Origin: Escherichia phage JLBYU19
Sequence record: OK272489.1
Length of the DNA stretch: 49,897 nt
Strand: one strand, 5' to 3'
Shown piece by piece: positions 1-8,810 of this stretch. The notes beneath the pieces were generated by a model that was given only the letters and a program-made list of their open reading frames with translations, was not told the DNA's origin and ran no database searches. The stretch's first letter is position 1, and every line of letters starts with the position of its first letter. A program made the position numbers and the translations under genes.

Positions 1-1
1 T

Positions 2-931
2 TTATAGCAGTGATTCGGGCTTGTAGAGTTTTCTTTCTACGCCCTGTTTAAAATTATCGTTAACAGGCATCATTATGTCAAGCCCTCTTTCCTCTGCCGC
101 GATTATCACATCACGATCATCTTTCCGGCAGACTACGCGCATTCTTCTTTCTCCTTTATATCTATGCGCAACCATTTCAAGATTTGAAGGAGTAAAACAG
201 GCCCACACCTCTTGACCAGTTGATAAATGAACATGCTGAGAATCAACCCAATCAAGGCACAAATAGATCGTCTTATCTGTACTACCTGTTTTAACAACAG
301 ATCCGCGCGTGTAGTCGCGAGCTAAAAACCAATCCTTTCCATCCTCATCAATGAAAAGCACGTTACACATTTCATCATCCAGCCCGTCATCATGCACCAG
401 GTGACAAGGTAGCGCGTGAATGTATCGACCATCCTTGACGCCGCAATCATAATGACAATCTTCCGGCGGATATATCCCCTCATAAACGCTTAAAGGTGTG
501 CGATCGAATTTTAATGTTTTTGCCATCACTTTTTCGCAACATTCATGACTTGCCTGTTTCCCGAACGAGTAACCAGAAGAACGCGAAGCGCGTTTGTTTG
601 CTCTGATCCTGTAATCTTGTGGCACTTTTCCGAGGAAGCGGCCCAAAATGTTGATGGCCTCGCTGTAAGGTTCGCCAGTTAATTTCATTAACCAACCGAT
701 CCCCGTGTCGTTGCCGCACACGTTGCAGATCGCGCCGCCGTCGCCCTCTTCATTTAGCTTATCAGTCCATCTAAAACGATCCTTACCGCCGCAGTGTGGG
801 CAAGGCTGATGCTTTTTGTTGAAAACATCGCTATGCAGCCCGCAAATGCTGTGTAGTGCTTCACGCCATAACCCCTTCATATATGGCAAAACATCTTCTT
901 TCTGATAGGTCATAAAGTTTTCAGTATTCAT
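2..931 (-). CDS. DNA primase (zinc-ribbon + TOPRIM-like)
   Basis: 309 aa from ATG 931 (GAGG RBS); N-terminal CPHCGGKDRFRW zinc-binding motif typical of phage/plasmid primases; track ORF extension to 1009 lacks RBS. Confidence 0.75.
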   Translation of the reverse strand: MNTENFMTYQKEDVLPYMKGLWREALHSICGLHSDVFNKKHQPCPHCGGKDRFRWTDKLNEEGDGGAICNVCGNDTGIGWLMKLTGEPYSEAINILGRFLGKVPQDYRIRANKRASRSSGYSFGKQASHECCEKVMAKTLKFDRTPLSVYEGIYPPEDCHYDCGVKDGRYIHALPCHLVHDDGLDDEMCNVLFIDEDGKDWFLARDYTRGSVVKTGSTDKTIYLCLDWVDSQHVHLSTGQEVWACFTPSNLEMVAHRYKGERRMRVVCRKDDRDVIIAAEERGLDIMMPVNDNFKQGVERKLYKPESLL

Positions 932-986
932 GGCAAACCTCAATAAAAAAGCCCAGCAAATATTATCATTTCGCTGGGCCTTATCA

Positions 987-1463
987 TTAGCTATTCGTGC
1001 TGTTATCACCTTTGTAGAATCTTCCGCCTGGTTCGTAGTCTGAATTTTTGACTACGCGCAACATTTCGTATTTGTCGCAACGGGTAGTAAGAGGCTTGCC
1101 GTTAGAATCAAACCGCAGATCTGGACGACAAAACGAGGCGCGGTATCCTTTGCATCCATTATATTTGTAGTCGTTATGCACCTTTTGTGCTCCAGCGGCT
1201 GAAATCATACCACGCTTTCGCCATTGGTTAACGACTTGCTGAGATACGCGCAGACGTCGAGCCATAGCAGGAACACCGCCGTAATACTCGATCAGAATGT
1301 CAAGGCGAGATTTCAGGCTTGCTTTTACCTCATCTCGCAGGATAAGAAATCCGGTTCGGTGTTTTCGTGGCTTTTTGTCTTTACCTCGTCGCGTTCCGTT
1401 GTTACCGTTAATAGTGCGCTTGTCGATCTCACCCGTAGATACTGCAATTCGTGCATCTTTCAT
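987..1463 (-). CDS. putative HTH DNA-binding protein
   Basis: 158 aa, basic; RRLRVSQQVVNQWRKRG helix-turn-helix-like segment; GAGGTGA RBS; divergent from helicase gene. Confidence 0.5.
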   Translation of the reverse strand: MKDARIAVSTGEIDKRTINGNNGTRRGKDKKPRKHRTGFLILRDEVKASLKSRLDILIEYYGGVPAMARRLRVSQQVVNQWRKRGMISAAGAQKVHNDYKYNGCKGYRASFCRPDLRFDSNGKPLTTRCDKYEMLRVVKNSDYEPGGRFYKGDNSTNS

Positions 1464-1474
1464 CTAGTCACCTC

Positions 1475-1494
1475 ATAGCATTTTTTGTTAAAAC
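1475..1494 (+). promoter_or_regulatory. conserved junction element (variant ATAGCATTTTTTGTTAAAAC)
   Basis: TTGTTA at 1485-1490, TATTAT 22 nt downstream (1513-1518); precedes helicase gene. Confidence 0.55.
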
Positions 1495-1550
1495 AGTTTA
1501 TTGTAATGAGTCTATTATATACTCCAAATGGCATTTTTTAAAGGTTTAAG

Positions 1551-3548
1551 ATGATTCCAAATATCGAAAAACAAATATCAGCGTTAGGCGAGGCAGTAAT
1601 AAAAAGCATCCAAGAGCGATTCACGGTTGGCAATATAGTGCCTTATCCTTATCAGTGCGTTGCGTATGCCGAGATCGCAAAGCGCATGAAAAACTATGAG
1701 CATCCTTTCTTCGTTAAGGCTTCTGTGTCGGCTGGCAAAACTTTGATGTTTGCGATGGTTGCGGCGCAATGCCGCAAGATGGGATTGAAAATGATGGTCC
1801 TTGCTCGCCAGGCTGAAATTGTTGATCAGGATTCAGAAGAGATCAGCAATCTTGGCGTGCCAAACTCAATCTATTGCGCCGGACTGAAAACAAAAAGCGC
1901 ATACTTTCCGATCGTAGTCGGTTCTGAGGGCACTGTAGTAAACGGATTGTTTAAGTCGTTAGGTGATTATGTTCCGCACGTTATCGGTATTGATGAATGT
2001 CACCAGGTGGATTGGGAGGATCTCGCTGATGCGATAGAAAATAATGAATCTTACCAGCAGATGACCACTAAGAAGGATTTACCTGTACTGATTGGAGAAG
2101 AACAGCAATTTGATTCCAATGGCGATCCAATGTTCGGAACAGGGCGCACACAGTACACCGTAATAATCATGGAAATGATGCGCAGGTGTCGCGAGGCATA
2201 CGGGCACGAATTGCGAATATTCGGTATGACTGGATCTGAGTTTCGCGGCGTGGTTCCAATACTGGTTGAAGATAAGAACAAAAAGGGATTCTGGCGTGAG
2301 CAGGTGACTAACATAGACACAAACTACTTAATCAAATTTGGTTCTGTAGTGCCAACAAATTTCGGCGACGTAGGCGACCTGGGGTATGACCTTTCAGAGT
2401 TCGAAGCCAGTAGCGAGGATGGCGTTTCAGACTTTGACGCTAAAACATTGCGCAAGATGGAAGAAAAGATCCATCAAGACGCAACAATGACACAGAAAAT
2501 CATGGCTAAAGTCCATGAGATATGCAAAGACAGGAACGGAGTTTTAGTTACATGCGCAGGGGAAAGACACTGCAAGGAGGCCGCCGCCGCACTTCCGCCA
2601 GGCGTTGAATACAGGATCATAACTGGCAAGACTGGAGACAATCAGCGTAAAGAGTGGCTGAGGGAGGCATACGAGGGAAAAGTAAAATACATCTTCCAGG
2701 TACAGGCGCTTACCACTGGCGTTAACGTTCCGTTTTGGGATACTTCTGTAATACTGAGAAAGATAGGTTCTCTAACATTGCTTATCCAGCTTTTGGGGCG
2801 CGGTATGCGACTGCTTAAGCAATGGCACATTGAGCAGGGATTCAAGAAAAAAGATCATCTTGTATTGGATTTTGCCGGTACTATGGATGAGTTAGGGGAT
2901 TTGTATTTCGATCCAATCCTTGAGCAAGCGCAATTCCAAAAGAGATTTACAAACGGGAAAGAGCCTAAGACTTGTCCGATATGTGGAACGCTAAACAGCT
3001 TTTACGCTCGCCGATGTATGCACGTAGACGATAACGGGAAGAGATGCGAGCATTTTTGGACTTACAGAATTTGCGAGGACCAGGTAGATCCGAGAACGAA
3101 AAAGATAATCAAGCGCGGTTGCGGAACAAAAAACGACGTAGTGGCGAGAGTATGCCGTTGTTGCGATATTTCTCTTGTCGATCCTAACGAGAAGTTAAGC
3201 GGCAAGCACTACACCAAAAACGATTGGTGCAACGTTAAATCTTTCCGCGTTGATATGACGAAAAACCAGAAAGGAATTGTTTTTTGCTATGAGCTTGAGG
3301 CCAACGGCGACACATTCAAGGCATACGAAAGATTTTTCCCTGAGTCAGAAAGCAACATTTGCCGGACGATATGGAGAAAAATAGCATTGCAGCACATACC
3401 GGATCGCAAGGTTGCTGGTATGGTGGCGAGCTATAGAAATGCGCGTAAAATAATGTCATACGCTCATCACATCATGCCTCCTGTACGCGTAACGCATCGC
3501 AAAAACGGCAAAGGTGAGGATAACATTGCAAAACGGGAGTTTGTTTAA
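1551..3548 (+). CDS. SF2 DNA helicase (DEAD/DEAH-box) with C-terminal zinc-ribbon region
   Basis: 665 aa; Walker A-like SVSAGKT, motif II GIDECHQV, several CxxC pairs in C-terminal third. Confidence 0.85.
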   Translation: MIPNIEKQISALGEAVIKSIQERFTVGNIVPYPYQCVAYAEIAKRMKNYEHPFFVKASVSAGKTLMFAMVAAQCRKMGLKMMVLARQAEIVDQDSEEISNLGVPNSIYCAGLKTKSAYFPIVVGSEGTVVNGLFKSLGDYVPHVIGIDECHQVDWEDLADAIENNESYQQMTTKKDLPVLIGEEQQFDSNGDPMFGTGRTQYTVIIMEMMRRCREAYGHELRIFGMTGSEFRGVVPILVEDKNKKGFWREQVTNIDTNYLIKFGSVVPTNFGDVGDLGYDLSEFEASSEDGVSDFDAKTLRKMEEKIHQDATMTQKIMAKVHEICKDRNGVLVTCAGERHCKEAAAALPPGVEYRIITGKTGDNQRKEWLREAYEGKVKYIFQVQALTTGVNVPFWDTSVILRKIGSLTLLIQLLGRGMRLLKQWHIEQGFKKKDHLVLDFAGTMDELGDLYFDPILEQAQFQKRFTNGKEPKTCPICGTLNSFYARRCMHVDDNGKRCEHFWTYRICEDQVDPRTKKIIKRGCGTKNDVVARVCRCCDISLVDPNEKLSGKHYTKNDWCNVKSFRVDMTKNQKGIVFCYELEANGDTFKAYERFFPESESNICRTIWRKIALQHIPDRKVAGMVASYRNARKIMSYAHHIMPPVRVTHRKNGKGEDNIAKREFV

Positions 3549-3967
3549 TGGCTATAACTGATAAAGGCGATTATCTTGAGTTTTACGAAAGGGATCCAAC
3601 CGACACGAGAAGGGAAGTTAATCACCAGATAGATAGTTTTCAGTGGTTGACTTATGCTCATCCTTATTTGCTGGCGTGGCATACGGTAAACGAGAATGAG
3701 AAGTCTAAAGCAACGGCGATGATTGATCAGCAGTCCGGCTTGGTTAAGGGAGTAAGCGATTTCATCATCCTGATTGGTTTAAACGGAAAATACCCCTTTG
3801 CAGCGATTGAGATCAAACGAGTGAATAAATCAGGCAAGGGGAAAGCATCACCAGTCAGCGATGAACAAAAGGCTTTTTTGCGTCGCGTTCGCAGCTTAGG
3901 AGGATTCGCTGCGGTAGCCTACGGATTCAATCAGTTTAAGTTGGCTATTGAATACATGCTTAAATAG
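3548..3967 (+). CDS. VRR-NUC-like nuclease (PD-(D/E)xK)
   Basis: 139 aa; VSDFIIL...IEIKR core; start overlaps helicase stop (TAATG). Confidence 0.6.
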   Translation: MAITDKGDYLEFYERDPTDTRREVNHQIDSFQWLTYAHPYLLAWHTVNENEKSKATAMIDQQSGLVKGVSDFIILIGLNGKYPFAAIEIKRVNKSGKGKASPVSDEQKAFLRRVRSLGGFAAVAYGFNQFKLAIEYMLK

Positions 3968-3982
3968 CACTTTTTGTTAAAA
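3963..3982 (+). promoter_or_regulatory. conserved junction element AATAGCACTTTTTGTTAAAA
   Basis: exact consensus; contains stop of upstream gene; CATAAT at 4002-4007, 22 nt after TTGTTA. Confidence 0.6.
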
Positions 3983-4041
3983 CTGGCGCGATGGATTGCG
4001 CCATAATTCAATAACACGAGATAGCTTTTAATAGCGGAGAA

Positions 4042-4773
4042 ATGAAAATGGCTAAAGATATTTTAGATAAAGACACACATGACGCATTCGTTAGCTTTGA
4101 GCAGTTGGAGAGAGAAACGTTTATAGGGAATGCCCTTGCAACTGGAGGCCATTACCAGGCAGTAAAGCCAAATCAATATTATAAGGTAAGCGGAAACCGA
4201 TACGCTGGAAGCACTACGCCGGACGTTGTGCGCGATATGTGGAGCACGCCTCAAGAGATCGTGGAGTGGATGGAATCAGAATTTGGTGAATACGATCTCG
4301 ACGCGGCAGCAAGCCAGGAAAACGCAGTTTGCGAGAAGTTCTATAGCAAGGAAACAAACTGCTTAAAGCGTTGGTGGGGTAGCAACAAGCACGTATGGCT
4401 TAACCCGCCGTACAGCAACCCAACTCCATTTATCAAGAAAGCAATTGAGCAAATGGAGCACAACAACCAAATTGATGTTTTGTTGCCAGCAGACAACTCT
4501 ACAGCATGGTTTTATGAGGCACAGAAAAACGCGGCTGAAATCATCTGGATCACTGGCGAGGTTTACGAAGAGGGTGGAGTAGAATACTCCCGCACCGGAA
4601 GAATCGCCTTTGTGTCTGGATTGACTGGCGAGCCTGTGCAGGGCAACAACAAGGGAAGCGTGATTTTTGTCATGCGCAAACTTAAAGAAGGCGAGGAGCA
4701 GAAAACGCGATACGTTAAGATCAGCGATATTTGCCCTTCTGTAACCGAACGTCGCGCACGCAAACGGAGCTAA
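4042..4773 (+). CDS. dam: DNA N6-adenine methyltransferase (phage Dam-type)
   Basis: 243 aa; catalytic NPPY motif (WLNPPYS) and upstream DLDAAAS motif; GGAG RBS. Confidence 0.8.
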   Translation: MKMAKDILDKDTHDAFVSFEQLERETFIGNALATGGHYQAVKPNQYYKVSGNRYAGSTTPDVVRDMWSTPQEIVEWMESEFGEYDLDAAASQENAVCEKFYSKETNCLKRWWGSNKHVWLNPPYSNPTPFIKKAIEQMEHNNQIDVLLPADNSTAWFYEAQKNAAEIIWITGEVYEEGGVEYSRTGRIAFVSGLTGEPVQGNNKGSVIFVMRKLKEGEEQKTRYVKISDICPSVTERRARKRS

Positions 4774-4777
4774 CACG

Positions 4778-5035
4778 ATGGAAAAAGAGAGAAGCGTTTA
4801 TTTAAATGAAACTGGCGAGTGGTTGTTATTTCGCGCTATGGTGTGCGATGCACTTGATAAAAACCCTAACGTGAAAAAGATGATTGATTGCGATCCGTGG
4901 GAATTTTCAAGCGCATTAGATATGAGCTTTGAGGAGACAAGAAAACTCCCGCTTGAAAAATGGCACGAACAAATCAGAAATGACATGCAAGAGTTTGTCG
5001 ATTCGTGGAATTTTCAGCACGGAATGATCCACTAA
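4778..5035 (+). CDS. hypothetical protein
   Basis: 85 aa ORF; GGAG RBS; stop codon embedded in conserved junction element. Confidence 0.5.
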   Translation: MEKERSVYLNETGEWLLFRAMVCDALDKNPNVKKMIDCDPWEFSSALDMSFEETRKLPLEKWHEQIRNDMQEFVDSWNFQHGMIH

Positions 5036-5053
5036 TAGCACTTTTTGTTAAAA
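5034..5053 (+). promoter_or_regulatory. conserved junction element AATAGCACTTTTTGTTAAAA
   Basis: exact consensus; CATAAT at 5073-5078; GC dyad 5055-5073. Confidence 0.6.
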
Positions 5054-5110
5054 CGCCCGGCCTAGTGTCGGGCATAATTATTTCAACGAAGCAAACATGA
5101 GGAAATAAAA

Positions 5111-5290
5111 ATGGTGGTATTCGATAAACGCGCTTTTAACCTTGCTCAAGAAGTAGCAAAAGGTTCAGTGGATGGCGGTTCAAAGGAAGGATTCCAGTTT
5201 GATTGGGAGATCGCAATGTTTTTACTGAAAGTTGCATACGGTCACGCACCAATTGAACAAGCGGAGGCATATTATAAGCATGAAGGTTGA
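5111..5290 (+). CDS. hypothetical small protein (not in ORF track)
   Basis: 59 uninterrupted codons; GAGGA RBS 8 nt upstream; downstream of junction-element promoter at 5034. Confidence 0.4.
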   Translation: MVVFDKRAFNLAQEVAKGSVDGGSKEGFQFDWEIAMFLLKVAYGHAPIEQAEAYYKHEG

Positions 5291-5522
5291 GCAAGGAAGA
5301 GATGCGGTATGGAATCACGCTAAAGAATGCGGTATTGCCGACGATATAAAGAAGATCGCGCAATACTTTGATATTGCAGATGTGAGCATAATTAGCGGCG
5401 ACAAGATGACTTTCCTCAAGGAAAGGCCGCGAAAAATGGTAAGAGTTCCAGCAGTTCCAACAAAAATTGATTTCAAAGAGGCAATGGCTAAAATCCGAGA
5501 GCCTCGCAAATATTATAAATGA
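5280..5522 (+). CDS. hypothetical protein
   Basis: 80 aa from ATG 5280 (GGAGG 11 nt upstream); overlaps preceding small ORF by 11 nt. Confidence 0.45.
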   Translation: MKVEQGRDAVWNHAKECGIADDIKKIAQYFDIADVSIISGDKMTFLKERPRKMVRVPAVPTKIDFKEAMAKIREPRKYYK

Positions 5523-5616
5523 GGATAGTTATCATGTGGCGCTTGTTTGTTCTACCGTTACCCGTTATCATCGCTGTTACAGTTATGTACCATATAGTGA
5601 TGAGATAGGTAGCAGA

Positions 5617-6732
5617 ATGAAAAATGTAAAAATTACAGATGAGCAATTCAAGATCGAACGGGCGGCAGGTAAGACATATAAACAGATCGCTCAAGAGTAC
5701 GGAATGAATGTGAGAAGCGTCGAGCGTCGCGCGGCGCGTCTTGCAAAGCAAGGACAGCTATCGACCATCGGAGCGCCTGGTTTTGGTGTTCATGGTGAGT
5801 CAGTAATGACTGACAAAGAAGGAAATATAATCCTCAAGTGGACCAAAACCAGCAAGGATAAAGAGCAATTAGAGGCATTGATGCGCGCAGCTATGGAGGC
5901 GTTTAGCGAGGAAGTGCCGCGATTAGATCCAGTTCCATTGCAGGAGCGTAATTATAATGAAACGCTTTCATTGTATCCGATCTTTGACATGCACTTAGGC
6001 GCTATGGCCCATAAGCACGAATGCGGCGAAAATTGGGATACTGCGACGGCAGAGCGCGTTATGAATAACTTTATCGACTATGCTTTGATGTGCGCGCCGG
6101 ACAGCGAAAAGGCTGTTATCCTGATTGGTGGCGATATGCTTCATAGCGATGGCCTGGAGGCTGTGACACCTGCAAGCGGTCACGTACTTGATCAAGATAG
6201 CCGATATGCAAAATTGGTTTACGTTGCAATCCGTGCAATGCGTCGCGCAATTAATAAAATGCTGTTAAAGCATAAACATGTTGAGGTGCAGATCGTAGAG
6301 GGGAATCACGACCAATCAGGAATGATTTGGCTACGCGCAGCGATGGCGGCAGCATATGAGAACGAGCCGCGCGTTTACGTTGATGTTTCTCCTCGCGTTG
6401 TTCACCACACGCAATACGGAAAAACTTTCCTTGCGTACCATCACGGGCACACAGTGCGTAAACCGGAGACTTTGCTAATGATGTGCGCGTCAGATTGGCG
6501 GGAGGACTTCGGGAACTCAAAAACGATGTATGCGCACGTAGGGCACTGGCATCACCAGACCGTAACAGAAACGTCGCTTGGCATCGTGGAGGTGCATAGC
6601 ACCCTGGCGGCAAAAGACGCATACGCCGCGCGAGGTGGCTGGAGATCTCGACGCCGTGCGGCGGTTATCATTTACGACAAAGAGCATGGAGAGGTCGGGC
6701 GATTTGTCCACTATCCAGAAATGATGAATTGA
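5617..6732 (+). CDS. metallophosphoesterase (calcineurin-like) with N-terminal HTH-like segment
   Basis: 371 aa from ATG 5617; motifs DMH, GGDMLHSDG, GNHD, HHGH, GHWHH; N-terminal TYKQIAQEYGMNVRSVERRAARL. Confidence 0.7.
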   Translation: MKNVKITDEQFKIERAAGKTYKQIAQEYGMNVRSVERRAARLAKQGQLSTIGAPGFGVHGESVMTDKEGNIILKWTKTSKDKEQLEALMRAAMEAFSEEVPRLDPVPLQERNYNETLSLYPIFDMHLGAMAHKHECGENWDTATAERVMNNFIDYALMCAPDSEKAVILIGGDMLHSDGLEAVTPASGHVLDQDSRYAKLVYVAIRAMRRAINKMLLKHKHVEVQIVEGNHDQSGMIWLRAAMAAAYENEPRVYVDVSPRVVHHTQYGKTFLAYHHGHTVRKPETLLMMCASDWREDFGNSKTMYAHVGHWHHQTVTETSLGIVEVHSTLAAKDAYAARGGWRSRRRAAVIIYDKEHGEVGRFVHYPEMMN

Positions 6733-6777
6733 TGAATTTTTATTTAAATCAATGACAAATTAAATCAAAAACTTGCA

Positions 6778-6808
6778 AAGGGGCGGCGTTTGTCGCCTCT
6801 TTTTTTTG
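6778..6808 (+). terminator. intrinsic terminator after phosphoesterase gene
   Basis: GC-rich imperfect hairpin GGGGCGGCG/CGCCTC followed by T8. Confidence 0.5.
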
Positions 6809-6878
6809 TTTAATTTTTTTACCATGTGCGTTTATCATGCGGTCAATATATTGACTTTAATTAATATGGAGAATAAAA

Positions 6879-7094
6879 ATGAAAGATTTTATTAACGCAG
6901 CTACCGCCGGATCTGGCGGTTCATCTATCGCAAGCGCCGCTACAGGGCAGTTAACCATTGCTATTGCCAGTTTTATTTTAATGGCTGCATTCGGTGCGTG
7001 GGGCGCTTACCTTCGCTGGCGTGATAGTAAAAAATTCCACGAGGCGATCGAAAAAGGTGATATTCAAAAAGCTATTGAGATCAGGGGCAAGTAA
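6879..7094 (+). CDS. holin (single TMD, pinholin-like)
   Basis: 71 aa; one hydrophobic helix [19 protein letters not shown], charged C-terminus; immediately precedes endolysin. Confidence 0.6.
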   Translation: MKDFINAATAGSGGSSIASAATGQLTIAIASFILMAAFGAWGAYLRWRDSKKFHEAIEKGDIQKAIEIRGK

Positions 7095-7585
7095 TGAGCA
7101 TAAAGAACAGGGTAGCGGCTGCGGCCTTTGGCGTTGCGGTTGCCTTGACTTCTCCACTTCTTGAAGAGATCGAAGGGGTAAGATACAAGCCATACAAAGA
7201 TATTGCGGGGGTATGGACGGTTTGCGCAGGAATCACCGGACCAGATGTTATCCTGGGGAAAACGTACACTAAAAAAGAGTGTGATGCTTTGTTGGCTAAA
7301 CATATCCAGGTTGCTAAAAAAGAAGTTGACAAGCAGGTTAAGGTTGACATTCCTGATAGTATGCGTGCAGCAATGTACTCATTCACTTACAATGCAGGTG
7401 TGGGAGCTTTCAGAAATTCAACAATGCTGAAACTCATCAACCAGGGGAAATTAAACGAGGCTTGCGATCAGCTTTATCGTTGGACGTATTACCATAACCC
7501 CAAAACAGGAAAGCGCGAGAAGTCTAAAGGCTTGCTTAACAGGCGCAAGGTCGAATACAAATATTGCACAATGGATCTTAAATGA
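7094..7585 (+). CDS. endolysin (lysozyme fold) with SAR-like N-terminus
   Basis: 163 aa; [10 protein letters not shown]...CAGIT lysozyme catalytic region; Gly/Ala-rich weakly hydrophobic N-terminus [14 protein letters not shown]; start overlaps holin stop. Confidence 0.75.
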   Translation: MSIKNRVAAAAFGVAVALTSPLLEEIEGVRYKPYKDIAGVWTVCAGITGPDVILGKTYTKKECDALLAKHIQVAKKEVDKQVKVDIPDSMRAAMYSFTYNAGVGAFRNSTMLKLINQGKLNEACDQLYRWTYYHNPKTGKREKSKGLLNRRKVEYKYCTMDLK

Positions 7586-7977
7586 TGAAGAAATTTTTAC
7601 TTACACCAATCGCAATGGCGGTGATCTTGTCTGGATGTTCAAGCGTTACGCCACTGACCGGATTAATCGGCAGTAAGCCGGAAATCACAGCGCAGGCTGG
7701 CGCGGAGAACGTGAAGCAGACAGTTGGCATTACAGCAAGGCAGGACGCCAGCACAAAACAGGAAACCACAATAAAGGAATCTGCGGTTGACAAGGTGGAC
7801 ACGTCCAGCAAGAAGGATTTCACAACATCAACCATTCAGGCCAATACCATCAAGGCAGACAAAATTCAGGTCGTGCAGGGTAATAACGGCAGATGGTACG
7901 ATCCAGTAATCATATGCGTGGTTGTGTTTCTTGTGCTGATTTGTCTTTACTGGATAGAAAAGAAAAAGGAGGCTTAA
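7582..7977 (+). CDS. unimolecular spanin (u-spanin)
   Basis: 131 aa; N-terminal lipoprotein signal with lipobox LSGC and C-terminal [19 protein letters not shown]; last gene of lysis cassette. Confidence 0.7.
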   Translation: MMKKFLLTPIAMAVILSGCSSVTPLTGLIGSKPEITAQAGAENVKQTVGITARQDASTKQETTIKESAVDKVDTSSKKDFTTSTIQANTIKADKIQVVQGNNGRWYDPVIICVVVFLVLICLYWIEKKKEA

Positions 7978-7995
7978 CGCCTCCTTTATTTTTAT
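7967..7995. terminator. bidirectional intrinsic terminator between convergent lysis and early genes
   Basis: AGGAGGC-ttaac-GCCTCCT hairpin flanked by A/T tracts on both sides. Confidence 0.6.
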
Positions 7996-8216
7996 GCGTC
8001 GGGCCACATATGGCTTTCGTTTGTTGGCTTGTTCGATTCGTCGTACTGCCTTACTTCAATGCTGCAAGTGTCGCCGTATAGTCCTGCAATCTTGCGCTCA
8101 TTTTCAACCGCCGATTGCTCACTCCAGCCTGAATCCTTATCGTAAACTGTCGGGATTTCAGAAGAAGATCCATTTGCATGATTGTATACGCGAACTACTA
8201 AAAACTTGCTGGACAT
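7992..8216 (-). CDS. hypothetical protein
   Basis: 74 aa from ATG 8216 (AAGGA RBS); downstream of junction-element promoter 8279. Confidence 0.5.
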   Translation of the reverse strand: MSSKFLVVRVYNHANGSSSEIPTVYDKDSGWSEQSAVENERKIAGLYGDTCSIEVRQYDESNKPTNESHMWPDA

Positions 8217-8278
8217 AATTTTTCCTTTTTGGTTGTTTCGTTTCGATGAAACAAATATACCCGACACTAGGCCGGGCG

Positions 8279-8298
8279 TTTTAACAAAAAATGCTATT
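8279..8298 (-). promoter_or_regulatory. conserved junction element (AATAGCATTTTTTGTTAAAA on minus strand)
   Basis: one mismatch to consensus; followed on minus strand by same GC dyad as copy at 5034 and TATATT. Confidence 0.6.
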
Positions 8299-8488
8299 CC
8301 ATACGCTTTACCGTAACCAGTAATACACCATCATCATTGCATAAAACATGTTCAGTGGTGCTAAAAGCGCGCATATCTGAATAAAGCAGCGTAAGTAACG
8401 CATGAATAAAATCCTCATGTGAGATTGAATTTACGGCGCAGTGCTTCAAGATCTTGTCTATTAGCTTTTGCCTGGAACAATTCATCAT
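8294..8488 (-). CDS. hypothetical protein
   Basis: 64 aa; GGGGAG RBS; stop inside junction element; overlaps next ORF by 74 nt so start uncertain. Confidence 0.35.
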   Translation of the reverse strand: MMNCSRQKLIDKILKHCAVNSISHEDFIHALLTLLYSDMRAFSTTEHVLCNDDGVLLVTVKRME

Positions 8489-8810
8489 CGCCCATCTCCC
8501 CTATTCTAGCCATATCCCTGATCCAGTCGTTGCGCATACCATCCAGGCTATACAATTCGAATCCGAAAGGCCGCTTTGACGATCCTTTGGACCAGTATTT
8601 TCCGCAGACTCCATCTATATAACCAGCCGTCATCATTCTTGCGCAAAATTCCTTAGATGCAAGGCTGGCGAACATTCGCGGCGTAAGTCCGGCGGCCCGT
8701 GCGAGCCGCTCACATTCTCTATGCTGATAGATAAATTTGGCTATGTGCTGCCTGTTAAACCAGTCGTATGACTCACACCATTTATACAGATCAAGCAAAA
8801 ACATAATCAT
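8415..8810 (-). CDS. hypothetical protein
   Basis: 131 aa; start overlaps stop of upstream gene (ATGA). Confidence 0.5.
   Translation of the reverse strand: MIMFLLDLYKWCESYDWFNRQHIAKFIYQHRECERLARAAGLTPRMFASLASKEFCARMMTAGYIDGVCGKYWSKGSSKRPFGFELYSLDGMRNDWIRDMARIGEMGDDELFQAKANRQDLEALRRKFNLT

Noticed and set aside
3974-3979. TTGTTA core of the junction element as a sigma70 -35 hexamer
   Set aside because: The only -10-like hexamer is a constant 22 nt downstream, outside the 16-19 nt range; the sequence at proper -35 distance is AAAAC-like.
3985-4002. GC dyads inside the element-to-hexamer spacer as sense-strand terminators
   Set aside because: No U-tract follows them in the sense direction; they are followed by the -10-like hexamer and RBS. 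A U-rich run follows only on the antisense strand.
6251-6622. Minus-strand 123-aa ORF inside the phosphoesterase gene
   Set aside because: Antisense to a gene with complete metallophosphatase motifs; Arg/Ser/Pro-rich translation typical of antisense reading; no RBS.
6851-6878. TTGACT at 6851 as the -35 of a lysis-cassette promoter
   Set aside because: No acceptable -10 hexamer at 16-19 nt spacing; the downstream A/T-rich stretch overlaps the holin RBS and start.
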